Made by a program: the position numbers and the translations under genes
Assembly (NCBI GenBank): GCA_043821645.1
Contig: JBDRCO010000037.1
Span: 250,021 to 314,020, forward strand
Length of the DNA: 64,000 nucleotides
Direction of reading: 5' to 3'
Origin: Pseudomonadota bacterium
Lineage (GTDB): Bacteria; Myxococcota; JACRCW01; JAFGSX01
The notes under the pieces: model-generated
Database searches by the model: none
Seen by the model: only the letters and a program-made list of their open reading frames with translations
What the model was told of the DNA's origin: nothing
In this document: positions 21,356 through 31,269 of the stretch, one piece after another
Layout of the letters: each line of letters opens with the position of its first letter
Position numbering within the stretch: the first letter of the stretch is position 1

Positions 21356-22270
21356 ATGTCCACCTCCCAGGATCGCAGCCCGCGCCGCCCCCGGCTCCCG
21401 GACTGGCTGCGCGAGCACAAGCTGAATCCGGGCGCGGGTCGTGCGGTTCGCCGCATGCTGCGCGCGGCGCAGGTGCACACCGTGTGTGAGGAGGCGCGCT
21501 GCCCGAACCTTGGCCAGTGCTTCGAGCGAGGCACCGCGACCTTCATGATCCTCGGCGATCGATGTACCCGGGGTTGCCGCTTCTGCAACGTGCAGCGCGG
21601 TCTGGCAGAGGCTCCGGATCCGGATGAGCCTGCCAGGGTGGCGCGGGCGGCCCTGGCGCTCGGGCTCCGCCACGTCGTCGTCACCAGCGTCACTCGCGAT
21701 GATCTCGAGGACGGCGGCGCGGATTCCTTTGCGCGTGTCCTGCACGCCTTGCGCGAGGCCCTGCCGCAGGCGTCGCTCGAGGTGCTGGTTCCGGACTTCC
21801 GGGGCGACCTGGACGCGGTGGCGACGGTGCTCCACGCCCGGCCAGATGTGTTCAACCACAACGTCGAGACCGTTCCCAGGCTCTATCCCCGGGTGCGTCC
21901 CGGGGCGGATTACGCCCGAAGTCTCGCCGTGCTGGCTCACGGGCAGTCGGTACAGGGACTGCTGGTCAAGAGCGGTCTCATGGTGGGCCTGGGTGAGACG
22001 GACGAGGAGATCGCATCGGTGCTGGGGGATCTGGCTGCCGTCGGGGTGCAGGTGGTGACCATCGGGCAGTACCTGCAACCGCGCCTCGACGCCCTGCCGG
22101 TGGAGCGCTACGTCGCTCCCGAGCACTTCGAGCACTACCGGGAGCTCGGACGTCGCGCGGGTCTGCTCGAGGTCTTCGCGGGCCCTTTCATTCGCTCGAG
22201 CTACCTCGCCGACGAGCTCCGGCAGCGAGCACGCGAACCCCAGCCGGGAGCACAGCATGACGAGGCCTGA
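21356..22270 (+). CDS. lipA: Lipoyl synthase
   Basis: CEEARCPNLGQC, CTRGCRFC, NHNVETV, GQYL, RSSY. Confidence 0.97.
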   Translation: MSTSQDRSPRRPRLPDWLREHKLNPGAGRAVRRMLRAAQVHTVCEEARCPNLGQCFERGTATFMILGDRCTRGCRFCNVQRGLAEAPDPDEPARVARAALALGLRHVVVTSVTRDDLEDGGADSFARVLHALREALPQASLEVLVPDFRGDLDAVATVLHARPDVFNHNVETVPRLYPRVRPGADYARSLAVLAHGQSVQGLLVKSGLMVGLGETDEEIASVLGDLAAVGVQVVTIGQYLQPRLDALPVERYVAPEHFEHYRELGRRAGLLEVFAGPFIRSSYLADELRQRAREPQPGAQHDEA

Positions 22271-23342
22271 TCCCGGTGGCGCTCAGCGCCCCGCGGCGTT
22301 CGCGCACCATGCGCGGTGCGGTCGCGTGTTCGCACCCTGGCTGCTCGTGCTTTCGCTGCTGTGTTCGAGTTGTGCGTCGTCGCCGGAGCCGCGCCAGGAC
22401 CCCGTGCCCGTGGTCGACCAGGCTCAGGCAACACCCGCCACCGCCAGCGGCGAGGACCAATCTGTGATGGTGGCACCCGTGGGCTCTCCCGAGGAACCGG
22501 CGGCAGGCGAGGCGCGTCACCTGGCCGAGCTCAGACAGCTGACCTCGACCGGTCGCAACGCGGCGGCGCGCTTCGCCGGCGATGGATCCTCGCTGGTCTT
22601 CGTGACACTGCGTGCTCCGGTCCCCTACCAGCGGCTGGTGCAGATACAGCTCGGCGGCGACGGCGAGGAGATCGTGCCCATACCTGGACGGCCCGGCTTG
22701 CAGGGTGTGAGCCTGGTGGAGGGCGGGCTGATCGTGGTGCTGGGTCAGGACCTCGGTCCTGCGCCGCGGGGGGTCCTCGAGATCCTGGCCGAGGGCGCTG
22801 CAAAGCCCCTCGTGGCGGCCAGCGAGACCCTCGACGTGGCCGACCTTGCCGTGGCGTGGGGGAGCCGCGAGCTGTTCTTCAGCGCACGTCGTGACGGACG
22901 GCGAGCTCTGTTCGTGGCCAGGCTTGACGGGAGCATGCTGACGCGCCTCACCGATGGGACCTTCGAGGACGCCTGGCCCGCCCCCACGCCCGACGGCACG
23001 CAGGTCGCCTTTCGGCGCGAGCTTGAGGAGGAGCACAGCGAGATCTTCCTGCTGGAGCGGAGCAGCGGCGCGATCCGGCCACTGACCGGACTCGGTGGGC
23101 GAAACTGGACTCCGGCCATGCATCCCTCCGGGGAGCAGGTGGTCTTTGGGTCTGGCTACTACGGGGAGCGGGATCACGAGCTGATGGTGGTCAGCACCCG
23201 TGGACTGCAGGTGGAGCGGGTGACCCAGGCTTCGGGCTTCGACGGCCAGCCCTGCTTCGACCCGCGCGGCGAGATCCTGGCGTGGACCTCCTCGCGCCAG
23301 GGAGGTGTGCCCCAGGTCTGGGTCGCGCGCTGGCTGCGCTGA
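22257..23342 (+). CDS. TolB-like PD40/WD40 beta-propeller lipoprotein
   Basis: Lipobox-like LLCSSC; repeated P-x-x-x-P-(D/S)G units (PAPTPDGTQVAF, PAMHPSGEQVVF, PCFDPRG); start uncertain. Confidence 0.78.
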   Translation: MTRPDPGGAQRPAAFAHHARCGRVFAPWLLVLSLLCSSCASSPEPRQDPVPVVDQAQATPATASGEDQSVMVAPVGSPEEPAAGEARHLAELRQLTSTGRNAAARFAGDGSSLVFVTLRAPVPYQRLVQIQLGGDGEEIVPIPGRPGLQGVSLVEGGLIVVLGQDLGPAPRGVLEILAEGAAKPLVAASETLDVADLAVAWGSRELFFSARRDGRRALFVARLDGSMLTRLTDGTFEDAWPAPTPDGTQVAFRRELEEEHSEIFLLERSSGAIRPLTGLGGRNWTPAMHPSGEQVVFGSGYYGERDHELMVVSTRGLQVERVTQASGFDGQPCFDPRGEILAWTSSRQGGVPQVWVARWLR

Positions 23343-23434
23343 GGGCGAAGCGTGGATCCGGATCGGCACGCCGGATCCAGACCCATGTGGATACTATGCG
23401 CTGGTGGGATGACAGACTTCTATCGAGGTGTGGA

Positions 23435-26077
23435 ATGAAATGGAATGTGGGCAAGGGGCTCGTGCTCGGTCTCCTCGGCGTGCTGACGGTCGTTGCAGGA
23501 TGTGACGGTTGTGGTGGCGAGACCGTGACCGTTTGCACTTCGGACGACGACTGCAAAGACGGCGCCTGCGTCAATGGCGAGTGTCGACCGCGCAGTGCTG
23601 GCGTCGACGCTGGCGCGATCGATACCGGCGTGGTGCACAGCGACGCCGCCCAGGCCGATACCTCCAGTCCAGACACTGCCAGTCCTGACACCTCCAGGCC
23701 TGACACCGCAGTCCCGGACAGTGCCCGAGCCGACACCGCGCAGCCGGACGCCGCCACGCCCGATCTGGGTGGTTCGGACCAGTACAGCGATGGTGACAAC
23801 GACGGCGTGGACGACGCGGTGGACAACTGCCCGGGTGTGGCGAATCCACTGCAGGAGAACGCTGACGGCGACGCCCGGGGCGACGCCTGCGACAACTGCC
23901 GCTATGCGTCCAACGACAACCAGGCCGATTCCGACTTCGATCATGTGGGCGACGCCTGCGACAACTGCATCAACGCAGCCAACCCCACCCAGACCGACAG
24001 CGACCTGGACGGGCAAGGCGATAGCTGCGATTCCAGCAACGACACCATCCGTACCGGTGGCGCGACCCATGCCTGCCTGCAGGACCCCTCTCTGGGCTCC
24101 CTGGAACCCGAGCCCGAGCTGAGCTGGACGGGCTCGGTCAGCGACGTGCCCGAGAGCAACCAGGTCATGATGACGCCCTCGGTTGCGGATCTGGATGGCG
24201 ACGAGGCACCGGAGATCTTCTTCATCAGCTTCGAGCCCTACATCGGCGCCAGCGGCGACGTGTACAACCCGACCCTGTACGGCATGCGCAAGGGCGTGCT
24301 GCGCGCATTGCACGGCGCCACCCAGACCGAGGTGTTCGCAGTTCCCACCGATAGCCTTGGTAATCCAATCTACCTGGCGCCAGCCTCCAACCTGGCCCTG
24401 GGCGATCTCGACGGCGACAACAGGCCCGAGATTGTGGCCGTGCGCAAGGCCAGCGGCCAGGTGGGCCTGGTCGCCTTCGACGGGGACGGCAGCGTGTTGT
24501 GGGACTGCACCGACGGCACCGCGACCGCCTGCGATGCCGACACAGGCCAGCCCCACATCTGGGGTGGGCCAGCCCTGGCAGACCTGGACCAAGACGGGCA
24601 GCCCGAGATCCTGTACGGCAACCAGGTCTTCGATCGCAATGGCCTGCGCCTGTGGCGAGCGCCGGATGCCGCGATGGGGCAGGGCGACTCGGTGCTGGTC
24701 AACGAGACCAGCTGGAACACCACACCCGTGGGGGCGCTGTCGCACGCCGCGGACATCGACGACCCGCCCGACGGCAAGCTCGAGATCATCGCCGGCAACA
24801 CCGTGTTCACGATGGGTACCGGCCTCACCGACTGGAGTGTGAAGACCGGCTTCGATCACCACGTTCGCAGCGGTAGCCCGGCCAAGCCGAGGCTCTGGGA
24901 CGGTCTGGGTGCCGTGGGCGACTTTGACCTGGACGGCGTACCCGAGCTCATCCACGTGGCCCAGGAGAGCGTGGCCATCCTGAGCAACGACGGCAGCATC
25001 GTCAGCGAGATCGCCATCCCGCGCGGCCAGCGCAGCCTGTTCTCGGCGGGTGGCGCACCGACGGTGGCCAACTTCATCGACGACGACGACAACCCCGAGA
25101 TTGGCGTGGCCGGCCGCGAGCTGTACGTGATCTTCGACGTGAACCCGGGCACCTTGCAGCTCAGCGTGGCCGCCCAGTTCGCGACCCAGGAGTTTTCGTC
25201 CAGCCGCACCGGCTCCAGCGTGTTCGATTTCGACGGCGATGGCTCGGCCGAGGTGGTCTACAACGACGAGTGCAGCCTGCGCATCCTGCACATCGACGCC
25301 GCCAACACCAACCCGGTGACCCGGGTGCAGGTGGTGTACGAGACCCAGAACAGCAGCTTCACCACCTTCGAGTACCCCGTCATCGCCGACGTCGACGGCG
25401 ACGGCAACGCCGAGATCGTGGTCTGCGCCAATGACTTTGGCCGCACCACCTTGCCCCCCACGGACCTCCCGACCTACGACACGGTGATTCCCTACTACTG
25501 CGCCAGGGACAACCCGAGTTATCAGGTACGCCACGGCCTGTTCGTCTATGGCGACCGCAACGACACCTGGGTGCCCACGCGCACCATCTGGAACCAGCAC
25601 ACCTACCACGTCACCAACATCACCACGTCGGGTCGGGTGCCGCAGTGGGAGCAGCGTTCCTGGGTTGAACACAACACCTACAGACTCAACAGCCAGGGCT
25701 CGACTGGCGGACCACCGGCTCCGGATCTGGCGCCGGGCTCCACCGCGACCCTGGCGCGCTGCCCGGTCGAGGTGCTCATCGGTGCGTGGGTCGAGAACCA
25801 GGGCGAGCTCTTCGTGCCCGCCGGACTCGAGGTGGCCTTTTACAATGGCGAGCCAACGCCCTCGAACACGGCCTTCGCGGTGGCGCAGACCGTTCATCGC
25901 CTGATGCCTGGCGAGTCCGAGCTGGTCAGCGTGGCCTGGTTGCCCCCGGCAGGTGGCGCCACCGTGGTGGTGCTGGTCGACGACGACGGGACGGGAACGG
26001 GCACCGGCGCCCACAGCGAGTGTGGCAGTGGCGACGTCAGCAACAGGACCCAGCTTACCGTGGCCGCCTGTCCATAG
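23435..26077 (+). CDS. Large lipoprotein with TSP type-3 repeats, FG-GAP/VCBS propeller and C-terminal CARDB-like domain
   Basis: Lipobox VVAGC; DGDNDGVDD..DNC repeats; many DLDGD.PE motifs; SSRTGSSVFDFDGDG; WNQHTYHVTN; PDL...VENQG. Confidence 0.88.
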   Translation: MKWNVGKGLVLGLLGVLTVVAGCDGCGGETVTVCTSDDDCKDGACVNGECRPRSAGVDAGAIDTGVVHSDAAQADTSSPDTASPDTSRPDTAVPDSARADTAQPDAATPDLGGSDQYSDGDNDGVDDAVDNCPGVANPLQENADGDARGDACDNCRYASNDNQADSDFDHVGDACDNCINAANPTQTDSDLDGQGDSCDSSNDTIRTGGATHACLQDPSLGSLEPEPELSWTGSVSDVPESNQVMMTPSVADLDGDEAPEIFFISFEPYIGASGDVYNPTLYGMRKGVLRALHGATQTEVFAVPTDSLGNPIYLAPASNLALGDLDGDNRPEIVAVRKASGQVGLVAFDGDGSVLWDCTDGTATACDADTGQPHIWGGPALADLDQDGQPEILYGNQVFDRNGLRLWRAPDAAMGQGDSVLVNETSWNTTPVGALSHAADIDDPPDGKLEIIAGNTVFTMGTGLTDWSVKTGFDHHVRSGSPAKPRLWDGLGAVGDFDLDGVPELIHVAQESVAILSNDGSIVSEIAIPRGQRSLFSAGGAPTVANFIDDDDNPEIGVAGRELYVIFDVNPGTLQLSVAAQFATQEFSSSRTGSSVFDFDGDGSAEVVYNDECSLRILHIDAANTNPVTRVQVVYETQNSSFTTFEYPVIADVDGDGNAEIVVCANDFGRTTLPPTDLPTYDTVIPYYCARDNPSYQVRHGLFVYGDRNDTWVPTRTIWNQHTYHVTNITTSGRVPQWEQRSWVEHNTYRLNSQGSTGGPPAPDLAPGSTATLARCPVEVLIGAWVENQGELFVPAGLEVAFYNGEPTPSNTAFAVAQTVHRLMPGESELVSVAWLPPAGGATVVVLVDDDGTGTGTGAHSECGSGDVSNRTQLTVAACP
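23642..23766 (+). repeat. 15-bp-period tandem repeats encoding D-x-x-x-(P/A) pentapeptides (linker)
   Basis: DAAQA DTSSP DTASP DTSRP DTAVP DSARA DTAQP DAATP D. Confidence 0.75.
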
Positions 26078-26104
26078 ACCGATCTCAGTCGAGCCAGATC
26101 GAAC

Positions 26105-26184
26105 GGTGTGGGGCGCAGGGGCTAGGCGTTTTTTCGCAGCTTGCGAGAACGAAACGACTTGCCCCGTCGCGGGGGCCCCACACC
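26105..26184. repeat. 80-bp palindromic (REP-like/terminator) element between convergent genes
   Basis: GGTGTGGGGC (26105-14)/GCCCCACACC (26175-84) arms; inner GGGGC/GCCCC and TCGCA-GCT-TGCGA stems. Confidence 0.6.
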
Positions 26185-26241
26185 ACGCACTCCATGCGGA
26201 TGCAATCGATCAAGCCTGCATGTCTGACCCGGGATTCGTGA

Positions 26242-27402
26242 TCAGGTCCGCAGGTTTTGCAGCCTGTCGCACGCTTGCTCCAGCGTCTCCAGGTTCTTGC
26301 AAAAGGCGATGCGGACGATCTGTCGCCCCTCGCGGCGACCCTCGTAGAACGCGCTGACCGGGATCGCGGCGACGCCATGCTTCTCGGGCAACATGCGGCA
26401 AAACGCGTCGTCGTCGTCGAAGCCGAGGCCGGCGATGCTGGCCGCGATGTAGTAGCTGCCCTGGGGATCCTGGAACTCGAAGCCCAGCTCGCGCAGGCGT
26501 CGGCACAGATAGCTGCGCTTGGCCGCGTAGCTGTCGCGCAGCGCACGGTAGTAGCTGTCGTCTAGGGCGATGGCCTGGGCCATGGCTTCCTGCAGGGGTG
26601 GGGGCGAGCAGAAGGTCACGAACTGGTGACTGGAGCGAATGGCGCGCGACAGGGCCGGGCTGGCCACGGCCGTGCCGATCTTCCAGCCTGTCATGCTGAA
26701 GGTCTTCGCTGTCGACGAGATGCACACGCTGCGCTCGCGCATGCCCGGCAGGGTGATCAGGGGCACGTGCTCGGCGCCATCGTAGCACAGGTGCTCGTAG
26801 ACCTCGTCGCACAGCGCGATGGCGTCGTGCTCCTGGCACAGGCTGGCGACGAGACCGAGCTCGGCGCGAGTGAACACCTTGCCGCAAGGGTTCATGGGCG
26901 TGTTGACGACGACCAGCCGGGTGCGGGACGAGAACGCTGCGCGCAGTGCCTCCTCGTCGAGGCTCCAGTCGGGGGCGCGCAGGGCGACCCTGCGCAGGGT
27001 GGCACCGGCCATGACGACGCTGGGCGGGTAGCTGTCGTAGCAGGGGTCGAATAGCACCACCTCGTCGCCGGCTTCGCACAGGCCCATGATCGACGAAAAC
27101 AGCGCCTCGGTGCCGCCGGAGAAGATGGTGACCTCGTGCTCGGGGTCGACCTCGAGGCCGTAAAAACGCTGCATCTTGGCGGCGACGGCCTGGCGCAGAG
27201 CGGGCATGCCGTGGCTCGGCGCGTACTGGTTGTGACCATGCAGGATGTGCTCGCAGGCGACGCGCTTGATCTCCTCGGGCCCGTCGAAGTCGGGGTAGCC
27301 CTGGCTCAGATTGATGGCCTGGTGCTGGCGCGCCAGACGGGTGAACTCGGTGAACACCGAGGTGCCAAAGGGAGCCAGCCGGCGGGTCATGGGATCGCGC
27401 AT
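26242..27402 (-). CDS. PLP-dependent aminotransferase class I/II (YbdL/methionine aminotransferase-like)
   Basis: AINLSQGYPDF, NQYAP, NTPMNP.GKVF, DEVYE, STAKTFSMTGWKIG, RIAFCK. Confidence 0.93.
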   Translation of the reverse strand: MRDPMTRRLAPFGTSVFTEFTRLARQHQAINLSQGYPDFDGPEEIKRVACEHILHGHNQYAPSHGMPALRQAVAAKMQRFYGLEVDPEHEVTIFSGGTEALFSSIMGLCEAGDEVVLFDPCYDSYPPSVVMAGATLRRVALRAPDWSLDEEALRAAFSSRTRLVVVNTPMNPCGKVFTRAELGLVASLCQEHDAIALCDEVYEHLCYDGAEHVPLITLPGMRERSVCISSTAKTFSMTGWKIGTAVASPALSRAIRSSHQFVTFCSPPPLQEAMAQAIALDDSYYRALRDSYAAKRSYLCRRLRELGFEFQDPQGSYYIAASIAGLGFDDDDAFCRMLPEKHGVAAIPVSAFYEGRREGRQIVRIAFCKNLETLEQACDRLQNLRT

Positions 27403-27512
27403 GTCTTCACCTCGGGGCCTGTCCAGGACCGGAACAGGTCTAGCGCGCTTGCCCGCCGCGGTCGATGGTGCGCTGCGTCGTGCGCGACCCGTCGCCAGGG
27501 TCCTCGTGCAAA

Positions 27513-27541
27513 TTGACGCCCGCTCCCGCCGCCGCTAGGGT
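27513..27541 (+). promoter_or_regulatory. sigma70-type promoter of the crp-like gene
   Basis: TTGACG, 17 bp, TAGGGT. Confidence 0.5.
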
Positions 27542-27560
27542 GCAGCCGGGGAACATCCGC

Positions 27561-28205
27561 ATGGCCGACGACCCTCTTTTTAAGCGCTTTGGCAAGGCCT
27601 TCCAGGCCGGCACCGTGCTGTTTCGCGAGGGTGAGCCTGGCAACGAGATGTACGTCGTGCAGTCCGGCAAGGTTCGCATCTCGGTCACGGTGCGCAAGGT
27701 GGAGAAGGTCCTGGTCGACCTGGGCGCAGGCGAGTTCTTTGGCGAGATGTCCATCCTCAACGGTGCACCGCGCTCGGCCACGGCCACGGTGGTCGAGGAC
27801 AGCACGCTGATGGTCATCGATCCCCGGACCTTCGACGCCATGGTGCGGGGCTCGGCCGAGATCGCGATCCGCATGATCAAGAAGCTGGCCGGCCGGCTGC
27901 AGGAAGCAGACGACCAGATTTCCAACCTCATGCTGCGCGACCACACCAGCCGCGTGGTGCACAGCATCCTGTCGCTGTGCCGGAAGGGACAGCAGGACGA
28001 GGGCGGCATCCGCATCCGCACCACCCCGGAGGACCTCGGCGCCAAGATCGGACTCGAGCGCGAACAGATTGACGCGGTGCTGCAGCGCCTTGATCGCGCC
28101 AACCTGGTGCTCGCCACCGACGATGGTTTGCACGTGTCCAGTGAGGATAGGCTGCGCGAGTTCCTGGGCTTTCTGGAGATGAAGGAGAAGTTCGGGGACC
28201 TATAA
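27561..28205 (+). CDS. Crp/Fnr family regulator (cNMP-binding domain + HTH)
   Basis: LFREGEPG..MYVV.SG.V, GEFFGEMS, PRSATA; C-terminal wHTH (EDLGAKIGLEREQI). Confidence 0.92.
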   Translation: MADDPLFKRFGKAFQAGTVLFREGEPGNEMYVVQSGKVRISVTVRKVEKVLVDLGAGEFFGEMSILNGAPRSATATVVEDSTLMVIDPRTFDAMVRGSAEIAIRMIKKLAGRLQEADDQISNLMLRDHTSRVVHSILSLCRKGQQDEGGIRIRTTPEDLGAKIGLEREQIDAVLQRLDRANLVLATDDGLHVSSEDRLREFLGFLEMKEKFGDL

Positions 28206-28328
28206 ATGCACGGCGGAGCGGACCGCTGCGGGCTATGCTGAGCGCTGCAGAGCACGTCCGTTCCGGAGGCCTCGCGCCTGCAGGGTCGCGCTCGGCGGAC
28301 CACCAGGGCAGAAAAACGGGAGTGATGC

Positions 28329-29093
28329 ATGGAAGTTCGAGTGCTGGGCTGCCACGGCGGCGAGTCTCCGCAGCACCTGCCCACCAGTCTGCTGGTGGAT
28401 GGGCACCTGGCGCTCGACGCCGGCAGCGTGTGCCGCTCGCTGTCCCTCGAGGCGCAGCTCCAGATCGAGGAGATCATCATTGGTCACGCACACATGGATC
28501 ACATCAAGGACCTCGCGTTGCTGGCGGAGCAGGGCGTGGGCCGGCGCACCAAGCCCATCGACGTTCACTGTGGCCCGGACAGCGCGCGCGCGCTCAAACA
28601 GCACTTCTTCAACGATGTGGTGTGGCCAGACTTCACGGTCCTGCCCAGCAAATCCAAGCCCATGGTGCGCCTGCGCACCGAGCGCGCGGCGCGCAAGTTC
28701 AAGGCCTGTGGTCTCGACGTGACCATGATCCCGGTGCACCACCCGGTCGAGTCCATGGGGATGCTGGTGCAGCAGGGCCAGCGCGCGTTCGTGTATTCCA
28801 GTGACACCGGACCCACCGACAAGCTGTGGAAAGCCGCGGCCAAGGTCGAGGGCCTGGCAGCGGTGTTCCTCGAGCTGTCCTTCCCCAACAGCATGCAGGC
28901 CCTGGCCGACAAGGCCGGTCACCTGACGCCCTACTCGCTGGCTCTGGAGCTGCAAAAGCTGCCGGATCCTGCGGTGCCCGTTTTCCTGTATCACCTCAAG
29001 CCGTCGCACACGGTCGAGATCCGACGCGAGCTCAGGGCGCTCAGGCGTGACAACCTCAGCGTGCTGTCACCGGGCGACGTCATCGAGATATAG
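28329..29093 (+). CDS. Class II 3',5'-cyclic-nucleotide phosphodiesterase (MBL fold)
   Basis: VLGCHGG, LDAG, HAHMDH, FND.VWPDF, ELSFPN, GHLTP, YHLKP. Confidence 0.88.
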   Translation: MEVRVLGCHGGESPQHLPTSLLVDGHLALDAGSVCRSLSLEAQLQIEEIIIGHAHMDHIKDLALLAEQGVGRRTKPIDVHCGPDSARALKQHFFNDVVWPDFTVLPSKSKPMVRLRTERAARKFKACGLDVTMIPVHHPVESMGMLVQQGQRAFVYSSDTGPTDKLWKAAAKVEGLAAVFLELSFPNSMQALADKAGHLTPYSLALELQKLPDPAVPVFLYHLKPSHTVEIRRELRALRRDNLSVLSPGDVIEI

Positions 29094-29129
29094 CGCGCGA
29101 TCCCGAGAGCCGGATCGTCGAGGTCATTC

Positions 29130-29978
29130 ATGGCGTGGTTCAGCAAGGTGGCGCCCGGTCCCAGGGGACCCGTCGAGACCAAGGTCAAGCTGCCCGAGGG
29201 TGGGCTGTGGGAGCGCTGCCCCTCGTGCAACGAGATCGTCTACAAGGATGAGAGGGAGAAGAACTTCCAGGTGTGCCCACGCTGCACACATCACTACCGG
29301 GCCAGTGCTCGCCAGCGCCTACTGTGGACCTGTGACGCCGCCAGCTTCGTCGAGCATGACGCCAACCTGGCACCGTCGGATCCGCTCGATTTCAAGGACA
29401 GCAAGCGCTACCGCGATCGCATCAAGGCGTCGCGCAAGGCCGGGCCCGAGGGCGAGGCCTTTGTCGGCGGCATGGGCAAGATCCAGGGCATCCCGGTGAG
29501 CATCGGTGCCTTCGAGTTCTCCTTCATGGGTGGATCCATGGGCTCGGTGGTGGGCGAGAAGGTGGCGCGACTCTTCGATCGGGGTCGCGAGCACACCTGC
29601 CCGGTGATCCTGTTCTGTGCCTCGGGCGGCGCGCGCATGCAGGAGGGCATCCTGTCGCTGATGCAGATGGCCAAGACCACCGCGGCCCTGGCCGCCTTCC
29701 GTGGCGTCAAGCAGCCCTACATACCCATCCTCACCGACCCCACCACCGGGGGTGTGGCGGCGAGCTTTGCCATGCAGGGCGACGTGTCCATCGCCGAGCC
29801 CAAGGCCCTGGTGGGCTTTGCCGGGCCGCGGGTGATCGAGCAGACCATCCGCCAGAAGCTCCCCGAAGGTTTTCAGCGCAGCGAATTCCTGCTGCAGCAC
29901 GGCATGCTGGATCTGATCGTGCCCCGCCCCGAGCTGCCAGCGACCCTCGCCAGGCTGATCCGCCTGCTGGTCAACTGA
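29130..29978 (+). CDS. accD: Acetyl-CoA carboxylase carboxyltransferase beta subunit
   Basis: CPSC...CPRC Zn finger, FMGGSMG, SGGARMQE, PTTGGV.ASFA, GFAGPRVIEQT. Confidence 0.97.
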   Translation: MAWFSKVAPGPRGPVETKVKLPEGGLWERCPSCNEIVYKDEREKNFQVCPRCTHHYRASARQRLLWTCDAASFVEHDANLAPSDPLDFKDSKRYRDRIKASRKAGPEGEAFVGGMGKIQGIPVSIGAFEFSFMGGSMGSVVGEKVARLFDRGREHTCPVILFCASGGARMQEGILSLMQMAKTTAALAAFRGVKQPYIPILTDPTTGGVAASFAMQGDVSIAEPKALVGFAGPRVIEQTIRQKLPEGFQRSEFLLQHGMLDLIVPRPELPATLARLIRLLVN

Positions 29979-29994
29979 CCGCCGTTCACCTCGC

Positions 29995-31269
29995 ATGAAC
30001 TACCGCGACGTCCTGGAAGCTCTGCGCGAACGCTCCGGCGGCGGATCCATCTACACCCTGGATCGCATGGCGCTGCTGCTCGACGCACTGGGGCACCCCG
30101 AGCGACGCTACCCGACCTGGCTGGTGGCCGGCACCAATGGCAAGGGCTCGGTGGCCGCCATGCTCGAAGCCATCGCGCGCGAGGCCGGGCTGCGCACGGG
30201 GCTCAACACCTCGCCGCACCTCAACCGGCTGAGCGAGCGCATTCGCGTCGGCGGTGACGAACTCCGCGAGCCCGAGCTGGTCGTCCTCTTCGAGCGGGTC
30301 GAGGCGGCACGGCGCAGCGCGGGTATCGACATCACCTTCTTCGAGACGGTCACGGCCATGGCCATGCTGGGCTTCGCCGAGCACGGCGTGACGCGCGGGG
30401 TGTTCGAGGTCGGCCTGGGTGGCCGGCTCGACGCCACCAACCTGCTGGATCCGCAGGTGAGCGCCGTGGTCAGCATCGATCTCGACCACGTGGGCATTTT
30501 GGGCGAGACCCGCGATCGCATTGCCCGCGAGAAGGCGGCCATCGCACGTCGTGGGCGGCCGCTGGTGCTGGGGCTGCTGGGGGCAGAGGCCATGACCGCC
30601 AGCCTCGAGGTGGCCGCGCGCATCGGCGCCAGGGTGGTGCAGGCCGAGACGCACCTGCGGGATCTGCAGCACGATGCGCCGCGCATCGAGCATCCCCTCG
30701 GCTGCGTGGCGTTGCAGCCCGCGTTGCAGGGGCCCCACCAGCTCGCCAATGCGGCCGTGGCGGCCCTGGTCGCCCTGGAGAGTGGTCTGCCTGCCGAGCT
30801 CATCGCCCGCGGTATTGCGGCGACGCGCTGGAAAGGCCGGATGGAAAGGGTCGACAGGGGAGGGCGCCCCTACCTGCTGGACTGCGCCCACAACGAGGCT
30901 GGCGCGCTCGCCCTGGGCCACGCCCTGCACGGCCAGGTCCACGGCTACGAGCTGGTGCTCGCCACCAGTGGCGGACGCGATACCGCAGCCTTCGTGCGAG
31001 CGCTTGCCCGGGGCCTAGGCTGGCCTGCCGCGGTGCAAACCTGCCAGCCGAGTGGGCACAGGTTGATCCCGGCGACCGAGGTTCGCGATCGCGTGAGCCA
31101 GGCTCTGCCTCCGGGGATAGACATCGCCACCGCCGCCTCGGTGCCGCAGGCCCTCGAGCGTGCCCCCCGTGCACCGCTGTGCCTGGTCACCGGGTCCATC
31201 TTCCTGGTCGCCGAGGCCCTGGCCGAGTTGCGCGGCGAGGCGCAGGATCCCTTCGCCACCGGCCGGTAA
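29995..31269 (+). CDS. folC: Dihydrofolate/folylpolyglutamate synthase
   Basis: VAGTNGKGS, TSPHL, EVGLGGRLDATN, DCAHN, TGSIFLV. Confidence 0.95.
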   Translation: MNYRDVLEALRERSGGGSIYTLDRMALLLDALGHPERRYPTWLVAGTNGKGSVAAMLEAIAREAGLRTGLNTSPHLNRLSERIRVGGDELREPELVVLFERVEAARRSAGIDITFFETVTAMAMLGFAEHGVTRGVFEVGLGGRLDATNLLDPQVSAVVSIDLDHVGILGETRDRIAREKAAIARRGRPLVLGLLGAEAMTASLEVAARIGARVVQAETHLRDLQHDAPRIEHPLGCVALQPALQGPHQLANAAVAALVALESGLPAELIARGIAATRWKGRMERVDRGGRPYLLDCAHNEAGALALGHALHGQVHGYELVLATSGGRDTAAFVRALARGLGWPAAVQTCQPSGHRLIPATEVRDRVSQALPPGIDIATAASVPQALERAPRAPLCLVTGSIFLVAEALAELRGEAQDPFATGR

